A stretch of 64,000 bases of DNA from Epithemia pelagica. Taxonomy: Eukaryota > Protista > Bacillariophyta. The position numbers and the translations under genes were made by a program. Below are positions 22,861 through 35,081 of this stretch, piece after piece (the first letter of the stretch is position 1; every line of letters starts with the position of its first letter). The notes below the pieces were generated by a model. That model did no database searches. It saw nothing but the letters and a program-made list of their open reading frames with translations, and was not told where the DNA came from. The stretch spans positions 372,001-436,000 of the forward strand of contig OX337234.1 of NCBI GenBank assembly GCA_946965045.2, written 5' to 3'.

Positions 22861-23462
22861 TGACCATCCATACGCTACTCCTCCACGGGATGATGTGACA
22901 GTGGCATGATGTCCGGTCATTCAGAACTTGGTCATCACAATCCAGCACACAGACTGGAAGGACCATATCTCCACATCTTCTGGTGGGATTTGAGTCAACC
23001 TTTTTTCCTTGGAACCGTCTTTGAGTCTACTTTCTGATACAATACTGCCCATCAGATTTGAAAAAGAAAGGCTGGCGCGAAAAGGAGGGCATGCGTTCCA
23101 AAGGCGGCGCGAATGGAAAAAGAATTTTGTTTTTGTCTATTTTATTTTTCCTGGACGACGGACAAACAAAGGTACCCCCCCCCCAATCGCTCCCAAAAAT
23201 GAGAGAACTGTTATATCACCCAGCTTGCCTCCCACTAAGATTCCAATTGCAAAAATTAGAATTTCTACACGATGCAACAATGGAGGTATAAGAACACTTC
23301 TTTTCACATGTATGTCCTAGATAGCCTCCAACTAAGTTGCCAATTGGAAAAATTGGAATATACTACACGAAACAACAACGGGAGTACAAGATCATTTCAT
23401 TTCACATGCATGTCCTAATAGTATGTAGTAAGTGTTATTGCTATGTAAGAAGTTTCTTTCCC

Positions 23463-24533
23463 TCACTTTGGACTGACATCATGTTGCAGCTCACGAACAA
23501 CTTTCACCACTTCTGCTTCAACCCATCGCTTTTCCATGAATGACCTCATATGCTCTCTGCTCAATTTTCGCAAACATGTTGCTTCACAATGATATTGGGA
23601 AATCGTGTTATAATTAAAGTTCTTTTTTTCTTTCCAATTATGACGTATGGTATTCTGTCCATATTCAATTCTTTTGCCACATCCCTGACAAGTTGGCCTT
23701 GGACCACGGCTTTGTATGTTCTCTCGTAATGAAAAGCCATGTGGAATGCGTTGCTTTGATGCACTTTTGGGTTTTTTCCTACTTACGTTGTCACTTTCTT
23801 CACTGCTCTCTGCTTTCCTTTTCCTTTTGTCGTCCTTGCCTTTCATTTTGTGTTTCCTTTGTTGTGACAAAATTTCGCTTGAGAGTTTTGTCAATGATTC
23901 TCCTATATCTCGCGGTAGGCGATCAGATCTCTCAACATCAAACAATTCCTCCCAATCAACAAAATCCTGTACTTTACTGCTTGCATTATTGTCTGTTACC
24001 TCATATGTTCCCACAACGAGAGTTTTAGGTGATCCTTCCATAATCAATTGGGTTTCATCGCATGAATACAATTTGAATTTGTGTGGATTACTGAGACCAT
24101 CATACTGCATCCACCCATCTTCACACTTAATCAAAGTTATGAAGTGTTCTCGTTGCTCATCCAGAAGGATACAACCACGTAGTATGAGCTCTTTGTCATC
24201 TATTTCAAACTGTGGTGTGAGGACCGAAAGATCTTGATATTTTCTTGTCGCGGTAGTTAAATCCAGGGCCACTGTATGTGGCCAAGTCACAGTGTGTGCT
24301 CTATCTACCCAACCAATACTTCCACATTTGCATCTTCCACTTCTCAAACGACTTCTCAAATGGTCTCCAACCATCACCCTTTCCACTACCTCCCAGCTTG
24401 CCTCATGTTCTGGCTGAATATTGAATTCATTTTTGTGTGTCGTCGATATTTTTCCATGCTGATTATAACGACAACGTTCGCGGCGACAACAATGAAATTT
24501 GTGCTCTGCATACATTGTTAGGCTCATCTGCAT
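23463..24533 (-). CDS. Orphan protein with a papain-like peptidase His motif and a C-terminal Zn-finger-like motif; probably transposon-associated, 5' part degenerate
   Basis: 356-aa ORF with EHFITLIKCEDGWMQYDGL (H...W-x2-YDG) and CQGCGKRI...IRH...QYHCEATC (PARP-ZnF-like). Upstream frames at 24540-25000 are broken by stops. Confidence 0.4.
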   Translation of the reverse strand: MQMSLTMYAEHKFHCCRRERCRYNQHGKISTTHKNEFNIQPEHEASWEVVERVMVGDHLRSRLRSGRCKCGSIGWVDRAHTVTWPHTVALDLTTATRKYQDLSVLTPQFEIDDKELILRGCILLDEQREHFITLIKCEDGWMQYDGLSNPHKFKLYSCDETQLIMEGSPKTLVVGTYEVTDNNASSKVQDFVDWEELFDVERSDRLPRDIGESLTKLSSEILSQQRKHKMKGKDDKRKRKAESSEESDNVSRKKPKSASKQRIPHGFSLRENIQSRGPRPTCQGCGKRIEYGQNTIRHNWKEKKNFNYNTISQYHCEATCLRKLSREHMRSFMEKRWVEAEVVKVVRELQHDVSPK

Positions 24534-25484
24534 TGGGTGAACAGTTGTGACACCTTGTACTTCTTCCTGAAAAAGTGGATTTGGACCAATGGAATGTAAT
24601 CAGTACCGGGAGCAGTTGTCACTGGGCTTGCCTGGCAAAGCTAATTAGGTGTGACACGCTTCCACTGCAGTCTTTAGGCTAGGTAGCTACTCGGAAGTAA
24701 CCAAGAACTAGCAAGTTCTGACGGTAACTGTTCTTGTCTCCACACACCGGGATTGCCAGTCCCTAGCCCAATCTCCAGACATAGACAGTTGAGGAATTGT
24801 AAGGAGCAAGATGAACTCTGGCTACTCTGGCTGCACTGAAATCGTTCCAATTTGATGAATTCCACGCTTGTCCGATTGCAAAAGTGTAGATTCTCAAGAC
24901 GGACCAACCTGCCACAGCACAAAGATAGAGAGCCTTGTCGCTTGGCAGGCGACAGCAACAGATGCTTTGTTAGGAAACAAGCGGTGTGCCGGAGCACGCG
25001 AAGTAGTACCTGTTGAGTACCTTAACTTCGCCCCCCTAACGATATCCAGCCGGTCTGGCAAGGATCGCCCTCTTTTCAGCCTGTTGGCCTACTTGTACAA
25101 TCACGTACGGGGTGGGGGATTACACAGTCTCGCGGGGACTGGGAATTGGGTTGGCCGTGGGATTGGTTACCTCGGATATGTCCCCCAATTCAGTGGAAAA
25201 ACTCACAATGCCAGGTATCTAGTTACGGGACGGGGCAAGCACAAAGAGGCCCAATGCAATATCAGGTGGGTCTAGTGACGCTTCTTGCAAGATAAATTCA
25301 AAAATGAGCACGCAGCACACAAAAACCAATCGCACAAAAAACACAACAGATTTCTATTCTGTAATCTCACAGATTGTGAGAAGTAGAGGAAAAAATGGTC
25401 GGGATTAGTGCCTCAGGGGTATCTTCTAGTCATTGAACTTGGTGTATGCTGTATGCTGGATAGTTAGAGTAGTAGTACGTAGCT

Positions 25485-25870
25485 GGCCCAATACAACATC
25501 AGATAACGAGCTCACATCTTTTTCTTCTTTTGTGCTCCAGGGAGTTCCTTACCTAGGCCCAATAAAAATCAGATGACGAGCTCACATCTTTTTCTTCTTT
25601 TGTGTTCCGGTGAATTCTTTTATTTGGCCCAATACATTATCAGATGACGAGCTCACATCTTTTTCTTCTTTTGTGTTCCGGTGAATTCTTTTTTTGACCC
25701 AATACAATATCAGATGACGAGCTCACAACTTTTTCTTCTTTTGTGTTCCAGTGAGTTCTTTAGCTCACAACATTGGACAAAATGAAATTTTTCTTATGTG
25801 TTCCAGTGAGTTCTTTAGCTCACAAAATTGGCCAAAAAATCAGACGGTCGACAACTTGAACTCACAAAAT
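25485..25870. repeat. 70-71-bp minisatellite (4 copies) plus two shorter derived copies, each containing (g)agctcaca
   Basis: Units start at 25485, 25556, 25626 and 25696. Confidence 0.9.
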
Positions 25871-26169
25871 TTGCCATTTAGTACCAGTGAGACATCTGAA
25901 TAATGTCCGAAGAATCAAAATTAGATTCAACTATGGTCTATTGTGAGTATTGAGACATAATGTGGACAAAAAAAAGAAACTACCCTTAGAAACTCCCCTC
26001 TAGGCTGTGGACAATTTTGTGAGCTCACAACGAACTCACAAAATTATCCTCCCTCCGGAGTGCGCCGTGTTTGCCAGAAAACTTGTTGAACCATGGCGAC
26101 GGCATGCCCAACAACGTCCTTCCATAATACGACCTCTCAGCACCCTAGTAGACACATTGAAACCAACCA

Positions 26170-26748
26170 ATGGCCACGACAGCTCAAACGTCTACAAATA
26201 ATTCATCCGCAGCAAAAGACTGCGTCAAAGAGGCTGGACGAAACACCAGTGCTACTCGTGCTGGCGACGGAACGGGTGGCCAGTTCACCAAGCACACGGC
26301 GGCGCCACCGCCCATTTCATCGCCAACCACCAAGTCGAAGCGCGAGAGGGGGTCGGCGCCGTTATCCTACTCGAGTATCCACGCCACCTCCCGTTCGTCA
26401 TTGGGCGCGAAGAAGAAGAAGAAGAAGAAAAAGACTAGGAAACGACGGCTGCCAGCACCAACGGAGAATCACGTGAAGCTCCGAAACGCCATTGACGCAG
26501 GAGAAAAATGGGAAGTAGGCCTCGAACAAATTCATGGTCTAACAGACGAAGAAGCTTGCGTATGCGTATCTATTGTCACCAAGCATTTGCACGATGAAAC
26601 ATTGCCTCCGTCGAATGGAAATCGATTGATGGAGCTAGCCCGAGAAGGATGGAAAACGCTCAAGGAGGTTGATCGTCTGGTGAAGCTTTATCCAGAATGT
26701 GGGAACCAAGACAAGATTGACGGGAAATGGGTCATGTTTCATGTTTGA
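26170..26748 (+). CDS. Hypothetical 192-aa protein with a poly-Lys NLS-like tract
   Basis: ATG-initiated ORF with AKKKKKKKKTRKRR and an ordered-looking C-terminal half, followed by an aataataaaa 3' tract. No family recognised. Confidence 0.5.
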   Translation: MATTAQTSTNNSSAAKDCVKEAGRNTSATRAGDGTGGQFTKHTAAPPPISSPTTKSKRERGSAPLSYSSIHATSRSSLGAKKKKKKKKTRKRRLPAPTENHVKLRNAIDAGEKWEVGLEQIHGLTDEEACVCVSIVTKHLHDETLPPSNGNRLMELAREGWKTLKEVDRLVKLYPECGNQDKIDGKWVMFHV

Positions 26749-27070
26749 TGAATAATAAAATAGGGAGTATACGCATGCGATACACTGGTAGCTCATTTTG
26801 GTCTCCCTGTCTCTGCTACGCACTGGAGAATACTCGTAGTTGTTGGTTTCAAATCGTTGCATCATGTTGCTCCATACCCTTGGACAATTCCGAGTGTATC
26901 ACTTAATAAGAGATGAAATCTACATAGGAGGACAACGGATATCCAGTTGCCCAGGGATCTATTTCACACTATTATGGACAAAATACCGGGTAACCCTGTT
27001 GGTCGATTTCGGAGACGAATGCACTTCTACTCGATTCTACCTTCTCTTGCATCGTGCGAGTCTCCGGCTG

Positions 27071-30000
27071 TCAACATGACACAATGATAGGAGAGGACGA
27101 CGATGCCGGTTCATGTGGCGGTGAATTGGAATCGCGAATTTGTTCCAAAATGGAATGCAGTACATGTCTCCAGCCTTGAACGTGGACATGATCCGATCCA
27201 AACTTGGCTTCCAATTCTTGGACAACTTCTTGCATTAAGACCCGTGCCAACAGCAACTTGCCTTGTGCTCTTAACAGCGTGGCCAAATACAACATGGCCT
27301 TGTGTGTATCCGAATGCTCATTGCCCAGGGCTGTCCGCCGTCCCTTTAACACCACCCACAAGAGTGGTTCCGCCTCTTGTAGTTTGCCTTGATCTCGCCA
27401 CAAAATGGCAAGATTCTCCACCGTTGTCAGTGTATGTGGATGTTCCTCACCCAAGGAATGCAGCTGCTTGTCTGCCGCTTCCCGTAGTACTTCGTCCGCT
27501 TCGGTCAAATCGCCTCGATCATGCAACAGCATGCCCAGGTTGTTGAGAGACAAGAGGACATTGGGGTGTGTGTCACCCAACACTTTGCGTTGCTTCTCCA
27601 CTGCTTCAAACAGCAACACCTCGGCTTCGTCCAATTTTCCGCGAGATTTCAACATCATGCCTAGATTGTTGATCGAACCCAGTGTATTGGGATGTTCATC
27701 CCCCAAGACCTCGCGCTGATTCTCGAGGGATGTACGGAGCAGCTGCTCGGCCTCATCCGACTTGCCGGTCTCTTGAAGCACGACTGCCAAGTTATCAATC
27801 GACAATTGAATATTTGGATGAGACCCTCCCAGAACCAGTCGTTGCTGTTCCACAGTCTTTCGTAACAGTGATTCCGCTTCGTCCAATTGACCTAAATCTT
27901 TCATGAGCAATCCCAAACTACTGTAGGCCAACAAGGTGCTGGGGTGTTGATCGCCCAAATCTTTCCGTTGATGTTCCAAGGCCTCGCGCAACAAGGACTC
28001 GGACTCGGTCATTTTCGCACCTCGCTCTCTCAAAGTTGCTGCCATATTGTTGACAAAGAGCTGTGTGTTTGCATGATGAACGCCAAGTACTTGTCGATGC
28101 TTCTCTAGGGCATCACGACCATCATTTTCTCGCAACAGATCTCCCATACTATTGATAATTGATGCTTGAGTGAGAGGATGATCGTTTCTCAATGCAGGCT
28201 CATCCTCATCACTACCCTCGTCATCTTCATCCTCGCCCTCCGTCGAGTCATCTTGGTTTCCTTCATCTACGACTACACCCCTTCCTGCTGTGCCAACCTT
28301 TGCCCGGTCGAGGTCCATGCTAGTATCCACAATATCGACCTCGCCCACATAGACGGGGCCATTGCTGTCAATACTGTCCATTGTATTGTTCTTAGCATCA
28401 TTCTCAAGTTCTGTCTCCTCAATGATGGGCATATCCGTTTGGCCCCCCTCGTCAAAGACAGTCTCGGATTCTTCGACTGGTCCTGGTGACTTGGATGAAA
28501 CCACATGAGTTTCCATGAGATGATCTTCCAGGTCGTTCCGCCATGGCTTGCGGACGTTCTCCTCCTCCACTTCAATCACCATACTTTTCGCCGGTGTTGG
28601 CTTACCGTCCCTGCGTGTTTCTTCGTTCTTTGTTAAGACATTCCAGTCAGGGTCCATAAAGTCGTTGTAAAAAATAATGAGTTCTTCCGGTTCTCCATAT
28701 TCTTCCACCAAAGCCTGTGCCTCGTCCATCTTATCTAGAGCTCGAAGCACCAAAACTAATGTTTGCACTGTTATCCTTATTTCATTCTCGTCGTCAAGCG
28801 AACCATGTAGTTGTTGGTCCTTCCAAACCTCTCGTAGTAAGGATTCAGCTTCTTCCAGTTTGTGAGTAGCCTCCTCCTTATTTTGTGTATGTCCTTCATA
28901 GAGAACTTTGGCCAACCGGTATCGGAGATTCAGTTTACGATGGAAGCGAGGCCCGTCGTCATCAGGAACCTCTCCATCACTGTTTGTTGCATCTTGTATC
29001 GTTTGCTCCAAGCCTTGTCTCAAGAAGGCTTCACATTCTTCCAGTTTGCCTTGTACATGGAGAATCTTCACATACGTATCAAACGTGTGTTCTTTCTGTT
29101 GGTTTTCTTCCTGTTGGTATTCCCATACTTGCCGAATCAAGGGTTCGGCTTGACTGTGTTTCCTCAGTGCCACGAGAACAAGAGCCCATTCTTCCAAGGC
29201 CTGCATCCAACGACTTTTCGTTGCAGCGTTCACCACGCCCTCGGTAGATTTGCCTTGTGGTTGTACTTGACAAACTTGTTGGTAGAGGAAATCGGCCTCG
29301 TCCAGCTGTTTAGTTTTCCACAAAACTTTGGCCAAACCAAGCTTGGTGTCTTGTATTGCTGCCTCCAAACCGTTGTCTTCCTGATGTGGAGTGGACCCGT
29401 GACCTTCGTCTGCTGGTCCAGCATCAGCCTCGGACTGCTTTTGCTGTTCTTGGTCCTTTTCCTTTTGTGGTGGAGTGGATTCGTCGCCTTCGTATGCTGG
29501 CCCAGCATCGGCCTCGGAATGGTTTTGCTGTTCTTGATTCTTTTCCTTTTGTTGTGAAGTAGATCCGTCACCATTATCTACTGGTCCAGAAATGGCTTCT
29601 GGCTGTTGCTGCTCCTGGCCCTTTTCTTGTGGAGTGGATTCGTCGCCTTGAACTATTATTTCAGCATCGGCCTGTGACTGTTGTTGTTCCTGGCCCTTTT
29701 CTTGTGGAGTGGATTCGTCGCCTTGATCTATTATTTCAGCATCGGCCTGTGACTGTTGTTGTTCCTGGCTTTGTTCTTCGTGCTGCGGGGTGGATTTGTC
29801 GCTTTGATCTACTTCAGCATCAACCTGTGACTGTTGTTGTTCATGGCTTTGTTCTTCGTGCTGCGGGGTGGCTTTGTCGCTTTGATCTACTGCTTCAGCA
29901 TCAACCTGTGACTGTTGTTGTTCCTGGGCCTGATCTTCGTGCTCGGGAGTGGATTCGTCACCTTCATCGACTGTTTCAGCATCAGGCTGTTCCTGGGCCT

Positions 30001-32506
30001 GATCTTCGTGCTCTGGAGTGGATTCGTCGCCTTCATCTACTCTTTCAGCATCGGCCTCGGACTGTTCCTGTTTCTTTTCTTCGCTTTGTGGAATGGATTC
30101 GTCGCCTTCATCTACTGTTACAGCTCTGGCCTCGACCTCTGACTGCTGCTGATGTTCATGGTCCTTTTCATTTTGTTGTGGAGTAGATTCTTCACCTTCA
30201 TCAACGGGTCCAGTAACAGTTTCGGGCTGTGGTTGTGGCTCGGAGTCCTGTTCCTTGTCTCGTGGAGTGGATTCGTCCCCTTCTTCCTCTGTTGGTCCAG
30301 CAGCGTCTGCCTCTGACTGGTTTTGCTGCTGCTGCTGCTGCTGTTGGTCCTGAAGCAAGTGTCTCAAGACGGGTTCCGCTTGGTCCCACTGTTGCAATTC
30401 CACCAATGCTTGGGCCCACAGGACGCGTTGCTCCAACAACAGAATGGTTTCGGTCCCCGTGGCGTCGTTGTTGTCGTTGTCGTCGTCCAGAATGTCTGGT
30501 TCGGATGCTTCTTGTCCTTGATGATGTTGAATGGTTTGCCGCAACAAGGGTTCCGCCTGGTCCCATTTTTGTTGGAGTGCCAAAACGGTGGCCAATTGTT
30601 GACACGATTCTTGTGTGTAGGGATGTTCGTCTCCCAGCCATTGGGCATGGTGAGCATGGACATGTTGCAACCACATTTCCGCATCGTGCCAGTCGGTGTC
30701 TCGTTCCTTCTCGTCGTCGGGTGTTTCTTCTTGTCCTTGTGGATGCTGTCGCAGTACCAATCCAGCCAAGATGGACATGGTTTCAATGGTATCGGGATGT
30801 TCTCGTCCTTGTTCTTGCTCCTGTTCTTTTAATATCGCCCGGAAATAAACCTTGGCCTGGGACCATTTCCCTTGTTCCAACAAGGCCGTCGCCAATCCCT
30901 GTCGAGTGTCACTGCTTTGTTCCAATTCCAAGGCTTGGCGCCAGACTGGTTCGGCTTGCTCCCATTGTTCTTGTTCTTGCAAGAGTTCGGCCAATCGCAA
31001 CAGGGTTGGCAACAGGCCCTCCACATCCTTCTTGTGGTTGTCATCGTCGTCGTGATTGTCGTCTGTGTCGTTCTTTTCTTGTGTGTTTTGTGCGAATGGC
31101 GCTTGGTACTCTTGAAGGGCTTGTTGCAACAAGGTTTGTGCTTGTTCCAACCGTCCTTGCAGACGCAGCACCGTCGTCCATTCCAGCAGGGCTTGTCGGG
31201 TCAATCCATGATGGACTCCCAACACGTGTCGATAGGCGTGATAGACTTGTTGCAACAAGGGTTCGGCTTGATCCCACTGGTCCAGTTCCGCCAAGACCAA
31301 TCCCAAACACGACTGGGACTCCAAGGTATTGACATGATGGACGCCCCACATGTGTTGATGATGCATCCAGACTTGTCGTAGGAGTGGTTCTGCCTGTGAC
31401 AATTTGCCGCGTTCTGTCAAGAGGACAGCCAATTGTTGAATGGAATGGACCGTATCGGGATGGCCTTGTCCCAAGACGTGCTGTTGAGACACCAAGGTTT
31501 GCTGAAACAAGGGTTCGGCTTGTTCGTAATCGCCGCGATCTCGCAACAAGGTGGCCAAATTGGCGACCGATTCCAATGTATCGGGATGATCTCCTCCCAG
31601 TGCTTGTCGTTGTTGTCCCCAGGCAGCGCGGAGCAAGGGCTCGGCTTCTTCCAACTGTCCCAACTCTCGTAAGACCACTGCCAAACTGGACAAGGTTTCT
31701 TGCGTTTGGACATGATGCCGTCCCAACAATCGTTCTTGTTCGTAAAGGGCATGTCGTAAGAGAGGTTCGGCCTGATCCAATTGGTGCAAATCGCGATACA
31801 ATCGACCCAAGACATGTTCCGATAAGAGTGTATTGGGATGCGTGGGTCCCAAGGTGACTCGTTCTTGTTCCAGCACATGTCTCAATAAGGGTTCGGCTTG
31901 TTGGAATTTTCCGGCATCTCGGAGCAAGAGTCCCAAATTACTCGCCGTGGTCAAGGTATGTACATGTGCCGGACCCAGAACGTCTTGTTGTTGGTCCCAG
32001 ACATGGCGCAACAAGGCCTCGGCCTCTTCCAATTTGCCTTGATCGGTCAAGACCAAGGCCAAATTGGAACTACCCGCCAAGGTTTGTGGATGACGTGGTC
32101 CATACAACAATCGTTGTTGGACATTGGCTTCCCGTAACAAGGCTTCGGCCTGCTGCAAATCGCCATGATCTTGCCAGAGCAAGGCCAATTGATTCAAAAA
32201 GACGGTACTAATTACCACAGCCGTCGTACTCTTGTTGTCATTGTCATGATCCTCGTCGTCGTTCTTGTCCTGATGATTCTGCTGTCCCGTCATGAGACTC
32301 TTGGCTTTTTCTTCTTCCTCCTCCTCCTCCTCCTCCTCTTGTTGGTCTTCCCAAGCTTCTTGTTCGTGACGCAATTCTTCCAAATGCGCTTGTCCCATGG
32401 TCAAAAACCACTGTCGAATGGTGCGACATACCGCATCTTGGACCGGATACAAGCTATTCGTCAACGACGACGACTCGTCCTCGGTGTGGAGGAGGTGGTT
32501 CGTAGG

Positions 32507-32537
<31 letters not shown>

Positions 32538-34546
32538 GATGATGCTTCGTATTCCTTTCGTTCGTCCTTTGGATGGTCGTCATTGAGTGCTTGTTGCTGT
32601 TGCTGTTGTTCTTGTTTCAATTGTTGCTGTTGTTTCAATTGTTCTTGTTGTTGCTGCCGCAATACGTGTCGTAGGACGATTCGATCCGAGGCACGATGTG
32701 TCGTGGCACGGGTTTCCAAACTGGCATGGACCAAAATTTCTTGCAAGTCAATGACCCCTTGGGCATGTTGATACAATGTGTCCACCACGTGCCCTCGTTC
32801 CTCGGGGGACAGGCACACGTGCAACCGATTGTTGTGGTGGTTGTGGTGGTTCCGACTGGTACTACTACTACCGCTAATGCAATACAATTCCCAGACCAAC
32901 CACAAGTGATTCAAACCATGGTCGAGCAAGGCCGGCCAGGAATCCACCACCAGTGCCATGCGACCCACGTCCTGCGACAAAAAGTGGGCCAAGTCCAGCA
33001 ACATTCGTTGTCGTCGTTGTCGTTGTTGTGCAGGGTCCGACAGGTACATGGCAGTCGAGGAGGAATACGGTTCTGGTTGTCGTGTTGTTGTTGTGGTGGT
33101 TGCAGTTGTCGTGACACCCCGAGCCGCAGGAGGAGGCGAGGGGACGGACGACGACGACGAATCGTCGTGGTACAAATGCGACGCCGAAGACACGTCGTCG
33201 TCGTCGTCGTGAGAGGAAGGGGTGGCCCGATTCCAAGGGTGAAGGTATTCTTCGTCTGCTTTTTCGTGTTCGTCCTCCAATAATGGCGTCCGTGGTTCTT
33301 CTTCCTCCCAATGACTGGTCCAGATTCCTTGATCCACGCACAACCAATCCATCCACACATATTCTGGTGCATGGGATTGGGATTGGGATTGTGATTGTTG
33401 CTCGGTTTCCTCCTCCTGCCATTGGTGCAACCGTTTCTGAACCAAGGACAGGGGAGATTGACCCGACGCGGACAGGTAAATGGTGGCGGATTGTGTCATG
33501 GCAAACGACGACGAATCCTTCCTGCTGCTGCTGCTGCTATTGGTACTACGGTGGTCGTCCACCTTTTTTTCATCCCCTCCCGCGTGGTCCACAATGACGA
33601 ATCGTTCGTGGTTCGACGCCGTCGTCGTACGAGCAGCCGCAGCCGCAACGAGTTGTGGCACGTGGTGAATCAAGGGTCCATAATACGAACCAACCAAGTG
33701 TGTGTTGTTGGTGTCGTCGGAATGTTGTTCTTGTGGTTGTGGTTGTAATGATGATGGAGGAGTCGTACTGGCAGTCGTTCGATAGATCCATTCCAAGACG
33801 GCCACGCGTCGGACAAACCAGAGAGGACACTGATAGTGACACAGGGTTTGCCAATAGGGCAATTGGCACAGCACCGAGACGCACCAATCGAGACGAACGC
33901 CCCGTCGACTAAACCACCCATGGTCGTCCTTGTTGTTGTCGTCGTTGTTGTCCTTGTCGTCCTCACTCGGCGAGACTCTGGATGGTGGTGGTGGCTCTAG
34001 TTGTTGTTGTTTCAACTCGGCAATTAAGTGGGGAATGGATTTCAACGAATGATTGGGTGGTCCCATGGCTTGATTGTACAATTGACGGGCCAAGTGCCAT
34101 TCTTGTTCCAGTGTTGTCGTAGTCGTAGTACTCTGATGGCCAAGAGCCGCCTCATACCAATCGTCAAACGTGTCGTACTGCGGATACCACTCTTCTGTTT
34201 CGGAATGGGAGGATTGGTCGTTGTCGTCCCTGCTGATTTCGTCCTCGTCATTGTTACTGTCGAGCGCCAACCGCAGGGTCGTATCGGTTTCTTCCAAGGC
34301 ATCCTTATTCTTTGTGTTCTCGTCGTTGTCGTCATCCTTTTGCGGTGAGGATGGATCCGTCGTGTGCTGCTGCTGTTTGGTAGTACTGGCTGCTGCTGCC
34401 GCATCCTCCGTCCCAGTGGTCGCTCGTGTGGTGGGGGTGGTTCTGGTCGTTATCGTCGTCGTTGTCGCGCTCTTGTGGTGGTGCTGCGGTGGGAACGAAC
34501 GGGAAGCGGAGGAGGATGCTGATGGTTTGGACTGTCGACACCCCAT
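27071..34546 (-). CDS. 2491-aa predicted lipid-anchored HET-like + kinesin-light-chain-type TPR protein
   Basis: The N-terminus MGCRQSK fits myristoylation/palmitoylation. It has YLSASG, YVWMDWLCVDQ, VGRMALVVDSW and LWLVWELYC (HET/TIR-like blocks seen in protist TPR proteins). About 25 42-aa TPR repeats were counted by eye (LGxxHPxTLxxxxNLAxLLxxxGxxxEAE) in clusters, with a central acidic repeat. Single uninterrupted ORF. Confidence 0.9.
29380..30330 (-). repeat. Intragenic acidic tandem repeat, 12 imperfect copies of (D/E)-x-GDESTP...EQQQ-x-(E/Q)ADA
   Basis: Counted in the translation. The DNA shows recurring gagtggattcgtc(g/c)cctt. Confidence 0.85.
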
Positions 34547-35081
34547 GATGGTTGTCGTCCTCTTTTTTTTTCTCCCACAATTATGGAATGCCGCACGTCA
34601 CTCGGGTCCGTCTCTCTCTTGCTTGGTTCCAGCCGCCGAGGGAGAGTTTCTCGAATGGGTTGCGAACGCAGGCGGGTGCAACTCTCTTTCTATATATGTG
34701 AGAGAAAAAGGACCGGAATGGCAGACACTCTCGACGACCAGAGTTCCAAACACAACTCTCTGCCTCTGTCTTGTGCTGGTGAATGTGCCTCTTCTTCTTC
34801 TTTTCTTGTGGTCTCTTTTGTTGTTGAATGATAGTCTCAAACTCCAAACGGCTCGATTCTCGTGGTTCCAATGATGATTCCACAAAGATTCCTGGTGTGC
34901 GGCGCGTCCAGATCTCATCGCCATCGCCATGGTCGCATGTGTGGGCACGAGACGGCACGCGTCTAATCTCGAGCGGTTTAATTCCAGTAAAATGTGATGT
35001 TGATTATGACACAAAAAAAGAAAGGAACGCCTGGGTGGTACAGAACCTGCAGAGCCTGCCATCCCTGCGGGACAGCCCGCC

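Noticed and set aside
22672-25870. 61-bp and 70-bp arrays as CRISPR arrays
   Set aside because: The units are near-identical along their whole length with no unique spacers, there are no cas genes, and the context is eukaryotic.
26017-26030. Resemblance of ttgtgagctcacaa to the symmetric lac operator (vector contamination)
   Set aside because: It lacks the central bases of lacO, has no flanking vector sequence, and the same core recurs in local repeats.
27103-34874. Numerous 60-370-aa ORFs antisense or off-frame to the TPR, INO1, GRK, GT43-like and SET genes
   Set aside because: These are shadow ORFs caused by low-complexity, stop-poor codon usage, with no recognisable motifs.
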